A stretch of DNA of 64,000 nt from assembly GCA_051294375.1 (NCBI GenBank), contig CM119264.1, positions 9,484,764 to 9,548,763 on the forward strand, in the 5' to 3' direction. Shown here piece after piece: positions 39,827-51,661 of this stretch. Under the pieces are notes generated by a model. It did not search any database, had not been told where the DNA came from, and saw only the letters and a program-made list of their open reading frames with translations. This DNA comes from Paraspadella gotoi (taxonomy: Eukaryota > Animalia > Chaetognatha). Positions within the stretch are counted from its first letter, which is position 1, and the number at the start of each line of letters is the position of its first letter. The translations under genes were made by a program, and so were the position numbers.

Positions 39827-41714
39827 TGGTGAAAAGAGGGAGGAGAAGCAAACAGGGGAGAAGAGAGTGTGAGAAGTGGAAATTGTAAGAAACACCCGTT
39901 GAATAAAAAAAAAATATTGGAATCGTGATGAGCGGGTTTAGCTGTAGGAGGATAAGATTATCGAGTTTCAATGATCCAGGGAAAGGAATGCGGAACACGA
40001 TTATTTCTTTTTTAATATTATCTATATATTATATCTATATATAAAATACAGTCAGGGTAGTGGTTTTTTTTACATAATCTTCGTCAAGTATAAAAAGACA
40101 AAGGAAAGAAATTCTTTCAAAAAAAAAAAAAAAAAAAAAAAAATCCAAACAGCGTTGCCAAAGAGATTTATTTTGGAAAGAAACATTAACGAGATTCGTA
40201 GCGACAGATGCTTTGGATAATCAAGTCCCAAAATCCAAGGTCATTCCCCTTCCTCCGATATCCCGATTTTGGTCGATTCCCTCTCCACCCTTTTTTTTTT
40301 ATCCTGCCCCTCGACCCTCTCAGTTCAGCCTCACCTCCCCCCTGATTTCATCCCCCCTCTTTCTCTTTACATTCCCTTCCTCGTTGTCCCCCTGTACCCA
40401 CTTCCCCTTTTCCCACTCGCTCTCAATTTCCCCCGCAGCTTCGATACGATGTTCCCTTCCTCACGAAATTCATTAATTTTCGACCTTAAAAAAATAATTT
40501 CAAGGTTTTTGTGATTTTTTTTTTCTATGAACAAATATCGTTCCTCGAACTTTGATAAAACGATTGTCTCTTTGTTGTAACAAAAAAAATGTTATCAATT
40601 TAAAAAATTAACAACTGGAAACTTTACCTGTTAATTTTCTTTTCATTAAAATTGTTGGCTTTTATGATAATACTAAAGACGGTAAAATTGAATAAAGATT
40701 TCATGATAAAGATTACATGATTTCGAGAGAATGTTCTTCTGTTTGTTTTTATGGTTTTTATCTAGTCCGAGAGGGCGCTCTTGCGCGGGGCAGTCTGCGT
40801 CGATGGTCTTTTGATATTTTCTTCTCTTCACTTAACTTTGGAATGTATGATTGATATCTTTTTAAACCCAACATATCAAAATAAAACAAATCAAATCCCC
40901 TTTTATTTTCCCCATTTCTTCCTTCCAGATCACTCAGTGCTGTCTTCTCCACGAGGGCGACAGCTACATCCTCCTCCAAGGAGGATCCCTTTACTCGCGA
41001 CGCTGGATGAACGTCTTCCTCTCAAAACCGATGGTGGACGAAATCTTCCTCTTCGCCGAACAGCTCAACCGGTGCCAACTCCTGGAGTCGGAGATTGCAA
41101 TCCTTCAGGCCATCGCCTTGACCTCTCCGGGTGAGAGAAAAGTTAATTTAATCATTTCTTATTTGGTTAAATATTAAAATGCTTCTATGCCTGAATAGTG
41201 AATACTTGATTTACCTTATAACATCGTTAATTAATTTAGTAGTAAAAAGACAAAACTAAACGTTATTGCAGAGAGTTTTTACTGAGAAAAATGTTAAATT
41301 CTGGCCCGCATACGATGCAAATGTAGTTTGTATTAAGTATTAAGAGTCTTTTGTGCCATGTGCTCTATTCGTTTTTTTTCACGTTTCCGTCGCCATTCTT
41401 TCACAGATCGACCCAATCTTAAAAATCCCTGCGACGTCCAATCTCTTCACAATCACTTTCTGGACGCCTTCGCTCAAGAGGTCGGCAAAAACCATCCCTC
41501 CAATTCTGGCCGCATCCTCATCGACGTCTTCCGCATTCTGCCGCAACTCCGCTACCTGAACAGCCTCTCGCAGCAGACCTTCGAGTCCAAGAAGGGAGGT
41601 GGCGGCGGTGGCGGTAGCGGAGGAGGAGGTGGGAGCGAGGGGGCCCGGGTTCCACAGTCACCCGGAGCGGCCAGTGACGGAGGTTTAGCTATGCCGAATC
41701 AAGGGCCGTCGTGA
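15631..41714 (+). CDS. Nuclear hormone receptor, subfamily NR1 (Rev-erb/E75/ROR-related)
   Basis: Exons: 15631-15739, 16053-16360, 16535-16676, 22043-~22237/22267, 22614-22865, 24044-26262 (inclusion uncertain), 27381-27569, 27650-27772, 27987-28153, 28240-28344, <28984-29123, 40929-41130, 41407-41714. They encode two C4 zinc fingers, a GRIPK extension and LBD signature motifs. About 750-760 aa without the large exon. Confidence 0.93.
16053..16676 (+). CDS. Nuclear receptor DNA-binding domain exons (16053-16360, 16535-16676)
   Basis: [22 protein letters not shown]|[47 protein letters not shown], with P-box CEGCKG and an intron after CEGCK. It continues at 22043 with [16 protein letters not shown]. 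Confidence 0.97.
22043..22865 (+). CDS. Nuclear receptor C-terminal extension and His/Pro-rich hinge exons (22043-~22267, 22614-22865)
   Basis: Phase-1 acceptor gives [33 protein letters not shown]. The next exon is GHHPHLPG...QSPDS with donor CAG|GTTTGA. The donor of the first exon is ambiguous. Confidence 0.85.
24044..26262 (+). CDS. Very large (~2.2 kb) low-complexity exon of the nuclear receptor, with three apparent 1-nt deletions
   Basis: Strong acceptor TTTTTTCAG| in phase 1, sustained GC-rich coding bias and an S/P/Q/G/H-rich translation. ORFs 23941-25032 and 25102-26334 are in the same frame. Donor CAG|GTGCGT at 26262. Confidence 0.75.
27381..29123 (+). CDS. Nuclear receptor hinge to LBD helices 1-5 (five exons)
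   Basis: Phase-consistent exons. [14 protein letters not shown] is helix-1-like. [47 protein letters not shown] is the NR signature VEFxKxxPGFxxLxxxDxxxxLK. Confidence 0.92.
29714..31090 (+). repeat. Indel-rich tandem copy of 28420-29688, including a frameshifted copy of the LBD signature exon (30384-30537); probable assembly artefact
   Basis: Colinear with the preceding 1.27 kb, differs largely by 1-2 nt indels, and starts right after a 25-N gap. Confidence 0.85.
32760..34390 (+). mobile_element. Degenerate non-LTR retrotransposon (LINE) reverse-transcriptase fragment in a receptor intron
   Basis: RT motifs occur in the expected order across frameshifts: [13 protein letters not shown] (~32895-32935), [13 protein letters not shown] (~33330-33372), YAD(D/E) (33428-33439), KVK.(L)GVTL.SK (~33667-33702), Y.TY..PLIEYGS (~33820-33868). 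Boundaries are approximate. Confidence 0.8.
37095..37512. repeat. Long interrupted (CT)n polypyrimidine tract (~420 bp)
   Basis: Direct inspection. It is the source of the spurious SL/ER-repeat ORFs. Confidence 0.95.
40929..41714 (+). CDS. Nuclear receptor LBD C-terminal exons (40929-41130, 41407-41714)
   Basis: [13 protein letters not shown]...[33 protein letters not shown]|[22 protein letters not shown]...[11 protein letters not shown] matches helices 5-11 (ExAxxxAxxLxSPDRPxL; LPxLRxL). Phases match. Confidence 0.93.
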
Positions 41715-44290
41715 GGGTGAGGCATGGGTCAATTATTCGATTTTTAAGTCGTTGCAAGGAAAAAAAAAAGAAAAAAACGAAAAACTCTCTTCCTCACAAA
41801 CGTTTACAATCATTTGACGCGGAGATTGACTTTGGCAGAAACGTCTCGTCTCTCGTACCAACTACGACTACCCCATAATCTCTTGGAATTTCGGATTTAT
41901 TTCCCCCCCCATCTATCTTTCAATCAATTTTGCTTTTTCTCGTTCCGTATTTGTGCCGGAGTCTTTTTCTGAGAAGGAAGTCGCACCAAAATTAAAACCG
42001 AAACACAAACCAATGTTTTTTACTAATCGCTTTTCAGACATCGTTACCGTCATTTCTTTCTCTCACTTTCTCGCTGTCTCCTTCTCGTTTCCACTCTACA
42101 TCTTGGAATTCGGTCTCTACTCAACCGAATTAACTTTGATTATAAAAAAACGAAAAACGGGTATTGTTGACTTTTTTAACGATTGAGTCCATTGATTAGT
42201 ATGATATTCTTCTTTCGCGTGATATTTAGAAAGAATGAAAACGACATTTCTCTCCCGACTTTTTTTTTCCTCTTCTCTACCCTCCGTTAAAAAAGATTAT
42301 TTCAGTCACAACAAATATACAAAAATGTGTCAAAGAATATAATCATCCTACTTTATATTTTTTATTTTCTGTAAACATAAGCATAAATTATTTTATTTGG
42401 CTTATAAAACTTTCTAAAAGTTTTTTTTTCTTTCAAGACAAAAAAAAAAATCGCGAAAATGCGGGTTCTAAATCAAACGACTCGCTTGCTCTTATGTCTC
42501 TTTTCAATCAATTTCTTTTTCTCGTTGACGGCAGACGGCGCATCGTTTGATTTCTCAAACCGCGCGCACAACCAATTATCCTCGATACACTACCTCGATT
42601 TTTCCCGTATACATATTAAAGGTTTCTATGATCTCCTACACACCGTATATGTATGTATATATCGTATCGTGTTGTTTTTCGCCGCCATCTAGCGACATGA
42701 TGTGATGTATAAGTTTGTTTTTTTTATAACATCGATGCTGGCTCTCTCTCCCTTAATACTTTTTACCAATCGTTATCGAACTGACTGACTTTTTTGAATG
42801 TTCTCTTTTACTGAGCAGACCTCTTAACCTCAATTAGATATCACACTATAAAGATGCAGCCCTTATAATTGTATTTAGTTATAAATAATTACGAACGTTT
42901 TACTTTTATTCAGAACATAATCTTTTTCATTCATATCCTAAAAAACCGAAATTGGTTTTATCTATCGACGTGCCACGATTGTATTTAGCTAGCATTAAAA
43001 TAAGCCAATTCTACCGATGAAGGAAAATATCTCAACAGATGCTGCATAAGACTAGTCGTCTAAGAGGTTCGAAGTTTACCAGACGTAATATATTCCTTTG
43101 TTTAAGATAAAAATTAAAATTTTGACTGTTGACTATTAATTAGAATATTTGTTACTTTTTTGAAAGACTTAGTTTATATTTAATGTGCCATATAGAAATT
43201 TTAATGTTGAGGCAACATAAACCGAGTTTAAGTTTCTCTTTCTGAAGTTTGTCTTTTAAAGTTGATATTTCATCTTTATAATAAATACTTGACTCGGTAT
43301 TAACAGTTTATTATCCATACATAAAGTTTTCTTACACAAAATTAATCTTTTAATCATAGGTTAAAAAAAGATCAACCTTTTCACAGAAAAACCTACTGTC
43401 CGCATTACTTCTCTCCACGCTTTAATTTAATACGACAAAACACGAAATTATCAATCGAAATAACTTTTTTATTCTCCTTCTCCGCCCACCTTTCCGTTCG
43501 CCGTAAGCTAAAAGAAATAATTTTCAAGCTTGTCTCTGTACAGTACCCTAGCTGATGATTTAGTTACTATTCTCCCAAAACAGAACTCTCTGCCTCCTGT
43601 CGTTGTATAAAAAAATCTTTCTATTATTACTTTCGATGATGAAAACTTTGGAGGCGTGAAAAAAAAGTTTCTCTTTTACGACTAATTATACACTGTTAAT
43701 TCGCTGTCGCTCCGATCGATCAACTTTTCATTACCAGTATAATTATAAAAACAGGTACAAAAACCAACAACGAAAACTAATGAATTTAGAATTTAGTTCT
43801 CATGACCGTATTTTTGTCAATTACCGATTTCTTTCTAATTTTTTTTTTATTTGGCGTCTGAATGTGTCCTTCATGAATTATTAAGAACGCACTATTTTTT
43901 TTAAAACTATCTGAATCATAAAATAGAATTTCGGACAGAAAACTATAAAAACGAGAAGATATTACGATCGTTTATTTCCTTCCCGTCATCTTCTTCTTGC
44001 CATCATTTCAAAGCATTTTGTGATGTAACTCCGAAGATGGAATTATTGGAAAGTTGAAAATGATTCCAGGCCTGAAATTTTTTTTATCAGGGCTACGAAA
44101 TACCAGTAAATTTGATAACTCTGATATGTACTCATGTAAGAAAAGGTATAAAAAAAAAGGTCTATAATCAGTAATGAATATTGCGTAAATGTTTAACTGT
44201 TATTATTCTTTTGGCCCTTGACACCTGGAACATTTTCTCTTTCCGCTCGCGGCCCGGCGCGCGCTTAGTCAAGGCGGACTCACGTGATTT

Positions 44291-44731
44291 TTATTCGTCC
44301 CGCGCGTGTCGGCGTCGGCGCCGCTGTGTCGGCAACGTCGGTTCCGTCTGCTCCGTCGCCCCGGCAATGGAGGCTACTTTACGACTATTTATTTGGGTCG
44401 GCGGCTGCACCGGCGGAACGGGCGATGCCGGATTCGGAAAATAATTCCTGAATATCGGTAAATTTTTCTTTCAATGGAGTAAAGGAGAAAAAAAACAACA
44501 TTTAAATAAGTCAAATTTAACCAAAAGGTTTTGTTTTATTTTCATAAAAGTTAAGGTAAAAGAAATTTAAAAAAAAAAACTATTTTAATTGCATTTCTTC
44601 TTTGCTTCTTAATTGCGTCTGATTCGAGGCAAGTTAAATTTCCTTACAAGTCTCCTTTCTTCCCATAAAGAGGTAGAATCGGGAGCACTATTCGGGTTGA
44701 AAACTATCAACTCAGGTATTTTCGAAAATAT

Positions 44732-44830
<99 letters not shown>

Positions 44831-47153
44831 CTCTCTCTCGTGCGTTCGTGTTCTCGGGAGATCGCGCCCACTGATGGCCTTTTGTTCGCCCTTGGTGATA
44901 TATTATTATTGAACGTCTCGCCGTCAGGGGCGTCTTGTCCCGAGACCCAAATTTCTTTCAACTGTCTCACGATTGTGTCTATGGATTTTGTTAGCACAGA
45001 AGCGGTCCGTGAATACAGACCCACATTAAAAAAAAAAAAACTTTCGTGGGTATTGAGATTTTTTTTTTTTTTTTTGGAAACCGTAATCTCTATCGCTCTT
45101 TAAATATCCACTGTAAATGACAATTTAAACGGCAGGCGTGACGTCATAACACCATTAAAACATTGTATAGTACAAAAAATTATATCGTTCACGAAAACAA
45201 AAGTGCACTCGCATTAAAAAACTCCCCAAATTTTAATACGGCAGAACGAGTGAACGGTGTATGTCAACACCTGTGTTACGCTTTAAGGATTGTAACTCTT
45301 TTCCCCAGTTAATAAGATATGAACGTGTCATCGTACATAGCGATACCGATGTGAATGAAACATTATAAATAATAACCAGTAATGTACTTTTGGGTTGTTT
45401 TTTTTATTTTACTTTAGACGTTTGTGAAATTTAATGGAAACAGTTAGCGTAATCTAATTCACGAAAGCTCTATAGTTATCACAAATTTAAAATTCAAAAT
45501 AGGCTCGCTGTATCATCGAAATTTTAAATTGAGGCTACAAGAACGGTTGTTTGCGGTATAAAAGCTTATGATATAAGAGAGGCATTAACTGATGGTATGA
45601 ATAATACCAAAAATTAGCAATTAGCTCTCGAAACATAACACTTGTAAACGATATGATAACAAAGTTACGCATGTCAGGGAAAGTGATATTTCTCTCTCTC
45701 TCTCCTCCTTCTCTCCTTCCTTTCAAAATTTTTCCACGCCAACCGGAAGTGAACGACGAAGGCGACGAGGACGACGACGAGAACGCCCAGGTATCCGTAG
45801 CAGGCGAAACGCGCCGAGAGATAGAGGGCGTCGTCGGTGGATCGACGCCAATCGAGGCCGAGGTTGGCCGCCACCGAGGGGCGCGTCAGCAGTAGCAGGA
45901 AGGTCCAGGCCAGGAATGCGGCGGCGACGAAGGTGGTCGCGGAGGCGGCCATCACAAACGCGCGGAAGAGAGTAATGCGGCGACGGGGCCGGCGGTCGAG
46001 GCGGGACGGCGTCGCGGAAGAGGCGGCCAACATGTCTTTTGAAGGCTTGAAAGAATCTTCTGGGAGATCGAGCTCAAAACATTTCTTTTCCACCGCTTTT
46101 GGTTTTTAATTTAAAATTATTGCTCGTATGTCGATTTTTTGTTTTGATTTAAAATTGGAATTTGTTAATTATTTCTTTATGACAAAAAATAACTAAATCG
46201 TATGTTCTTTTGGATTTAACTGTTTTTTTTTTTTCAAATCTGATCAAAATATGTCTCTTGAACTGACGAGAAACAATTCACGAATTCTTACCAAAAAAAA
46301 TAAGCATCACTGGCGAGCGAACACTCTCAACATCGTAATTTTAAAACTTAGTATTTAGCAAATTATTGAATTTATCGGTCATTTACTTAAAATAATAATT
46401 GTTCTCGTACTTTAGTAGTCGGACGCATCTTCATTTTAGGAAAGCGGCAATTAAATGAAAAAAAAACATTTTAGTTATAAGTTTAGTTAAAAGTTGTTAT
46501 TGGAATTGAACCAATAATAATAGCTTTACTAACGGGCGTTTTTCTACATATAGAGATAAAAAAAATTATAAAGTTACCGAGGCAAAAAGCAAAGGGCCGA
46601 TTAAACGTCATAGGCAGGAGACGGTTAATTTTAAGTAAGCCTATTGTCGGGATGTTTAATGAAAGTGAGATTAAGGAAAACAGGAAGGCTACGATCAAAT
46701 TAAAAAAAGGGGAAAAAAAGGAAAAGGGAAATAAGACTGAGCAAAGCAACAGTAAACACGACAGGAAAAAAAATTGAAAAAAGGTTTGAAATAGAGAATA
46801 AAGCCAGATAGAAAAATTTTAAAAATAAAGTATGTCAGAGAGATAGAAAAAAAAACTGTAACGGATGTAATTATGGATGTATATTACTATATAGACAATA
46901 AAATAAACAAAAGACAGCAATTTGCGATCTCCAAAGGCTTATTCCTCACCTGCTTCCATAATCCATAGGCTTATGAAATTTGCATATAAGCCTCTTCTGG
47001 CCGCGTGGCAGTGCAATCGTACGAACATCATCACTATCATCGTCATATATATAGTCTTCGTCGTCGTCGTCAGCGACTTCTGACGCGTTTCTATTTAAAA
47101 CCCTGATTACGAAGACGTAAAAGAAAAAAGAAAGAGAAAGGAAGAGAGAGAAA

Positions 47154-47251
<98 letters not shown>

Positions 47252-47402
47252 AAGAGAGAGAAAGAGGGAAGAGAAGACAGAGAGAGAGAGAGAGAGAGAG
47301 AGCACTGGCGGATCGAAAGGATTCATTTCTGATTTGCATTGGAAGAGAGTGTTGCATTGGAAGATCGTCGATCATTAGAATTCCTCACCGTTTTGACTTC
47401 AT
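44291..47402 (-). CDS. Candidate small spliced gene (exons 47402-47389, 47090-46950, 44447-44291; ~103 aa), unknown product
   Basis: Two G|GTGAGG donors and two YAG acceptors, all phase 2. Product MKSKRNASEVADDDDEDYIYDDDSDDVRTIALPRGQKRLICKFHKPMDYGSRNYFPNPASPVPPVQPPTQ...RRRRRHARDE-stop. The last-exon linkage is speculative. Confidence 0.35.
45674..46033 (-). CDS. Hypothetical small two-TM membrane protein (~119 aa from ATG 46033)
   Basis: GC-rich island with strong GC3 bias in this frame. Arg cluster, TM1 (AFVMAASATTFVAAAFLAWTFLLLL), a short loop, TM2 (FACYGYLGVLVVVLVAFVVHF) and a basic tail. Confidence 0.55.
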   Translation of the reverse strand: MLAASSATPSRLDRRPRRRITLFRAFVMAASATTFVAAAFLAWTFLLLLTRPSVAANLGLDWRRSTDDALYLSARFACYGYLGVLVVVLVAFVVHFRLAWKNFERKERRRREREKYHFP

Positions 47403-47529
47403 TTTAATATTAAACAATTATTTCTTATCAAGTTTTCTAGTAGTTTTATAATCGGATTACAAAGTATAGCGATAAATCTATTCAATTAACGTTGACCAAA
47501 AAATACACGCAAACAAAGAAAGGATCAAC

Positions 47530-47668
47530 ATGAACTCGCTGCCGTCGTGTTCCGGAGACTCTGTGCTTCATTGTATTTTTGCCAAAATTGACGATGATAG
47601 AAACGGGCTTATCACGTTACCAGGTGTCTCGCTTTTTCTCCATATCTTTTTACGTATATATATATATA

Positions 47669-47726
<58 letters not shown>

Positions 47727-50613
47727 ATATAATAAAACGATTTTTATCCTAGAGTTCATGCTTTTCGCGGTTCGAGATTTGAAGCTTTATTCACTTGACG
47801 GAGATTTGATCAGAGAAAAGTTTTATCAAATCGACACAGATGGCAGCGGAGGTCTGGACTACAGGTGGCAAAAGAGCTAAAAAGGATAGACTAAAAATGA
47901 TATTTAAGTTTGTAACCGGGTTAATAAACGTGTTTATAACCAATATTTACAATGTGAAACAAAACAATGTTTCGCGTATTTTCTTGGGAATTTAAGATTT
48001 TCTTCAATTTTCTGTCCAGTGAGTTTTGCGAATTTTTGGAAATCCACGTCGTGGGCTGTGATCCCGACGAAGGGCAGCGCCGCAAAGGGCCGCGGGGCAA
48101 GACCGTAGTGTTGGGACTGGAGAGAGCCCTTCATATATATGCCAAGCAGCAAATAAAAGCGCATCAGGTGATTGATTTCCTTTATTGCGATACTTTTTCA
48201 TAGACAGTAATTGTTATTGTTGAACAGGCTAAGGGTCGAAATAAAGATCCCAACGTTTGCCCGACGCAACTTCCACCCGATGGAGGATCTTTGCTGGAAC
48301 ATCACAATCTTACTGTCGAGATCCTCGCGGATTCCATCAACAAGGACGCCAAAGAGGTTTTAGTTTAATTTTATGCATATACATCGAATAATCAGCATCT
48401 TAAATCCGTTTATCCATCAACCAATCAATCACTCAGATCCTTGACTACTGGTTTCCCGAGCGCATGGAGGATGCGATGACCCTCTGGTTTGGCAAGAGTC
48501 CCAAGTTGGACGACTACATCCGGGACAAGTTCGGAGAGCTGGTGGATTTGGCGAGGGAGGGCGAGCTGGATAGTTGGACGTCTGACCCGATCGAGTGTCT
48601 CGCTCTCGTCATTTTGCTCGATCAGTTTCCGAGGTTAGTTTAATTCTTTTTTTTTTTAGTTTTTCAATTTACACTTTCCCTTTTCGTTAGCTATCACTTT
48701 AATTTCAAAGTTTAAAACAATTCTCTCAGCAATGCTATTTTTTATTTGGTCTAGAAACATCTACCGTCATCAAAGAGACATGTACGCTACGGATGAAAAG
48801 GCTCAAGTGAGAACTTATAAATTTTATTTAAAGGTTTTTGCTAGTTAAACTAAAATGTTGCAATCCATAATTTACTAGGCTGTTTGCACAAAAGCTTTGT
48901 ACAATAACTACCACCGGTATATCACGCCGCTTCAGGCTATTTTCATGCCCTGCTTAGTCTACACACACTCGGAGCTGTTTCAGGTAGAGAAAAAAAAATT
49001 GATGATTGAACAAATGAAGTTTTAGTTATCAAGATTATTTATATTTATATTTATATGTATTTATATTTAGCATCAAGAGTTATGCGTAGACATATGGTGC
49101 CACTTCATTCAAAACACTTTACCGCAAGACGACCCACTCAGAATTTTTGAAATGATTTTCCTTAAACATCTCAAAGTCGTCGCCAAATTCGGAAGATTTC
49201 CACACAGGTACCGGAAACTATCAATTAGTGAACCAAAGTCATTTATAATAATTAAATAAGAGCATATCCATGAAAATATTGATTGAGACTGAACAAATAA
49301 AAGAAATGACTAAACCCATTTTCAGAAATCCACTATTCTTTTTCCTACGATAAACTAGTTTAAATTACATGCACATATTGCACATATATACTAACGACTT
49401 TGGATAAAAAATTAACTTATTATTTTCAAACTTGTTTAGAAACGAAATTCTAAACCGCGACTGCACCTACGAAGAGGAACAGTTTCTCAATGACAAATCC
49501 TTTCGCTTTGATCTCCCGCTTCATTACTCCAAAGACGGGAAAGTTAGTTTCAAGGTAAAGTAAATTTAATCATACTGTAAAAATTAAAAATTAAAAAATA
49601 AAACCTCCAATATGACCGCTAAGTATCCTTTCCTTTCCCCACAGGAAACTTCCGACTTCAAAGCGAACAAACACGGAATTCCGCTGGAGGAAGAAGAGTA
49701 CGAGGAAGACGACGACGAAGAGGACGAGGACGAAGAAGACGACGAGGACGACGGACACCAGGCGGCGATGGGGATGATCCAGACGCTACAGTTTTGGAAA
49801 AAGACTTTGGAGGATCAATTCCCGGACGTGGACATAGTCATTCAGAAGAAGACGGGAGGCATGCCCGCCTATCCGAGGTTGGTCGTTTTGACAATCGGAT
49901 AACTCAAAAGGTCAATTACTCAATCAATCATTATTCAATCTGTGATAAGTCACTTCACGATAAATCAAATTACCATTGGTACGGCAAAGGGACATTAGCG
50001 GTCAAAAAAAATTTTGGATGAAATATATCCACTTTTCTTTTCCAGTAACACTTCGTCTTCCAGCCGCGACTCCGGCCTCGGCCTCCGCGGTTCCAGCAGC
50101 CCCAGCCCCAGCAGCCCCAGTGGCTTCGGGCGCCGCTCCAGTCGCGCAGCGCTCGAAATGGAGAACGACGCCGGCGGCCGTCGCGGCACCATGAGCGCCG
50201 CTAGTGCCGTCGGCAGGAGCAACAATAATAACAACAACAACAGCAGCGCCAATCTGCTCTCGGTCAACCAACGTCGGACGTTGTTGGAAGCGGACGACGG
50301 GGGAAGAAGAGGAGGGGGAGGAGGAGGAAGCGGGAAGAAGAAGGAGGAAGAAGAGAAGAGGAGAAATCAAGAGGAGCGCGGAGGAGTAGGTGGGCGTGGC
50401 GCCCCTCCAGTCAACGTCGCCCGCGACAAGAAGATGACGGCGGCCGAGTTGGAGAAGAGGTTCGAGGGAAACTTCGAGCCGCAGCCGCGCGTCACCAGGA
50501 GATCCTCCCTCGCCAACTCTCTCGCCCACAAGGACGAGCCGCCCAAGAGGAGCAAGAGCAAGAACAGGGAGAAACTCCAGGCGTCGACGACTAACTTCGA
50601 TCGGAGGTTCTGA
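47530..50613 (+). CDS. EF-hand pair + DUF924-family domain protein with acidic tract and disordered C-terminus (11 exons, 629 aa)
   Basis: Exons 47530-47623, 47753-47864, 48020-48167, 48228-48356, 48437-48633, 48755-48806, 48879-48983, 49071-49207, 49440-49554, 49645-49877 and 50046-50613 are all GT-AG and total 1890 nt in one open frame. EF loops DDDRNGLITLPE and DTDGSGGLDYSE. DUF924 motifs ILDYWF, WF..S..LD..IR.KF, LALVILLDQFPRNIYR, HSE, H..VV.KFGRFPHRNEILNR..T.EE..FL. Confidence 0.92.
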
Positions 50614-51614
50614 GGCAGATGGGATTTCGAACGCCCTGACATCGCGGTTAATGTGGGATGATGACGATGATGACAGAACCAAAGAAGCCTAGAGAATGGA
50701 TTGATTGCATTCGTCTTTGGATTATTTCAATCCGAAATTGTAAAATCTATGAAATTCCCCAATTATGAAATTCTTCACGTTTCAAAATCAGTTTTTACTT
50801 TGCTTTTAAGTATCTCTAAAATTGCCTCTATGTCACAGAATTGTTTGAAACTTTGAACAACCATATTTTTGTACTGGGTTAGTTTCAACTTAGTTAATTT
50901 AGGTCGTTTACAAATTCCTCCAATAATATGCAGCAATAATATGCACTAATCGAACTTAATTGATTTTACTTTTTTTACTTTTGGTAAAACAAATGATTTT
51001 TCCATCCACTGTATATTATCATGATAGGGAGCGTAGCGGTTTTATTCATTCCAATTTTTGAGAAAAAAAACAAAAGAACATATGTCATATTGAGTTCACT
51101 GGAGTCTGGAAATAACCTGTTATTAAACTTATTGTGAAATAAAACCATTATAACAGGCTTAGTCCAAAAAATGAAAGCTAAGAGTTTCTTGTACTATTTT
51201 AGAAAAAAATAAGGATAAAGGGTAAAGGAAGATAGAAAAAAGAAATCTAACCATAAAAAAGGTTTAGTTCTAATTAAGAAATAAAAGGAAAAAAGAAATT
51301 GACATTTACTTGAAATAAGGACGTTAAAAAGTAATTAAGTTACTATGTTACTATGATACTTCGAAAAATGATATTTAACAGTATAACACAAAGTTAAAAA
51401 TAAAAAATAGTCAAAACCAGATATATTATACTATGTAGTATGTAGTATGTACAAAACAAGGGTCATAAAAAAAACAAAAAACAGCTAAGTAGTTGGTTTC
51501 TTTTTTTTTAGTTGGCGATATAAAAGCAAATTTGATTGAAAGGTAAAGAAAAAACGACCTTAGGCCTTCAAGTCCGATTAGTTAACGACCTCTCTCTCTC
51601 TTTCTCTTTCTAAC

Positions 51615-51661
<47 letters not shown>

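Noticed and set aside
47530-50613. Bacterial contamination as the source of DUF924
   Set aside because: The gene has ten spliceosomal introns, one containing the host-typical (CT)n repeat, and there is no gap between it and the nuclear receptor's last exons.
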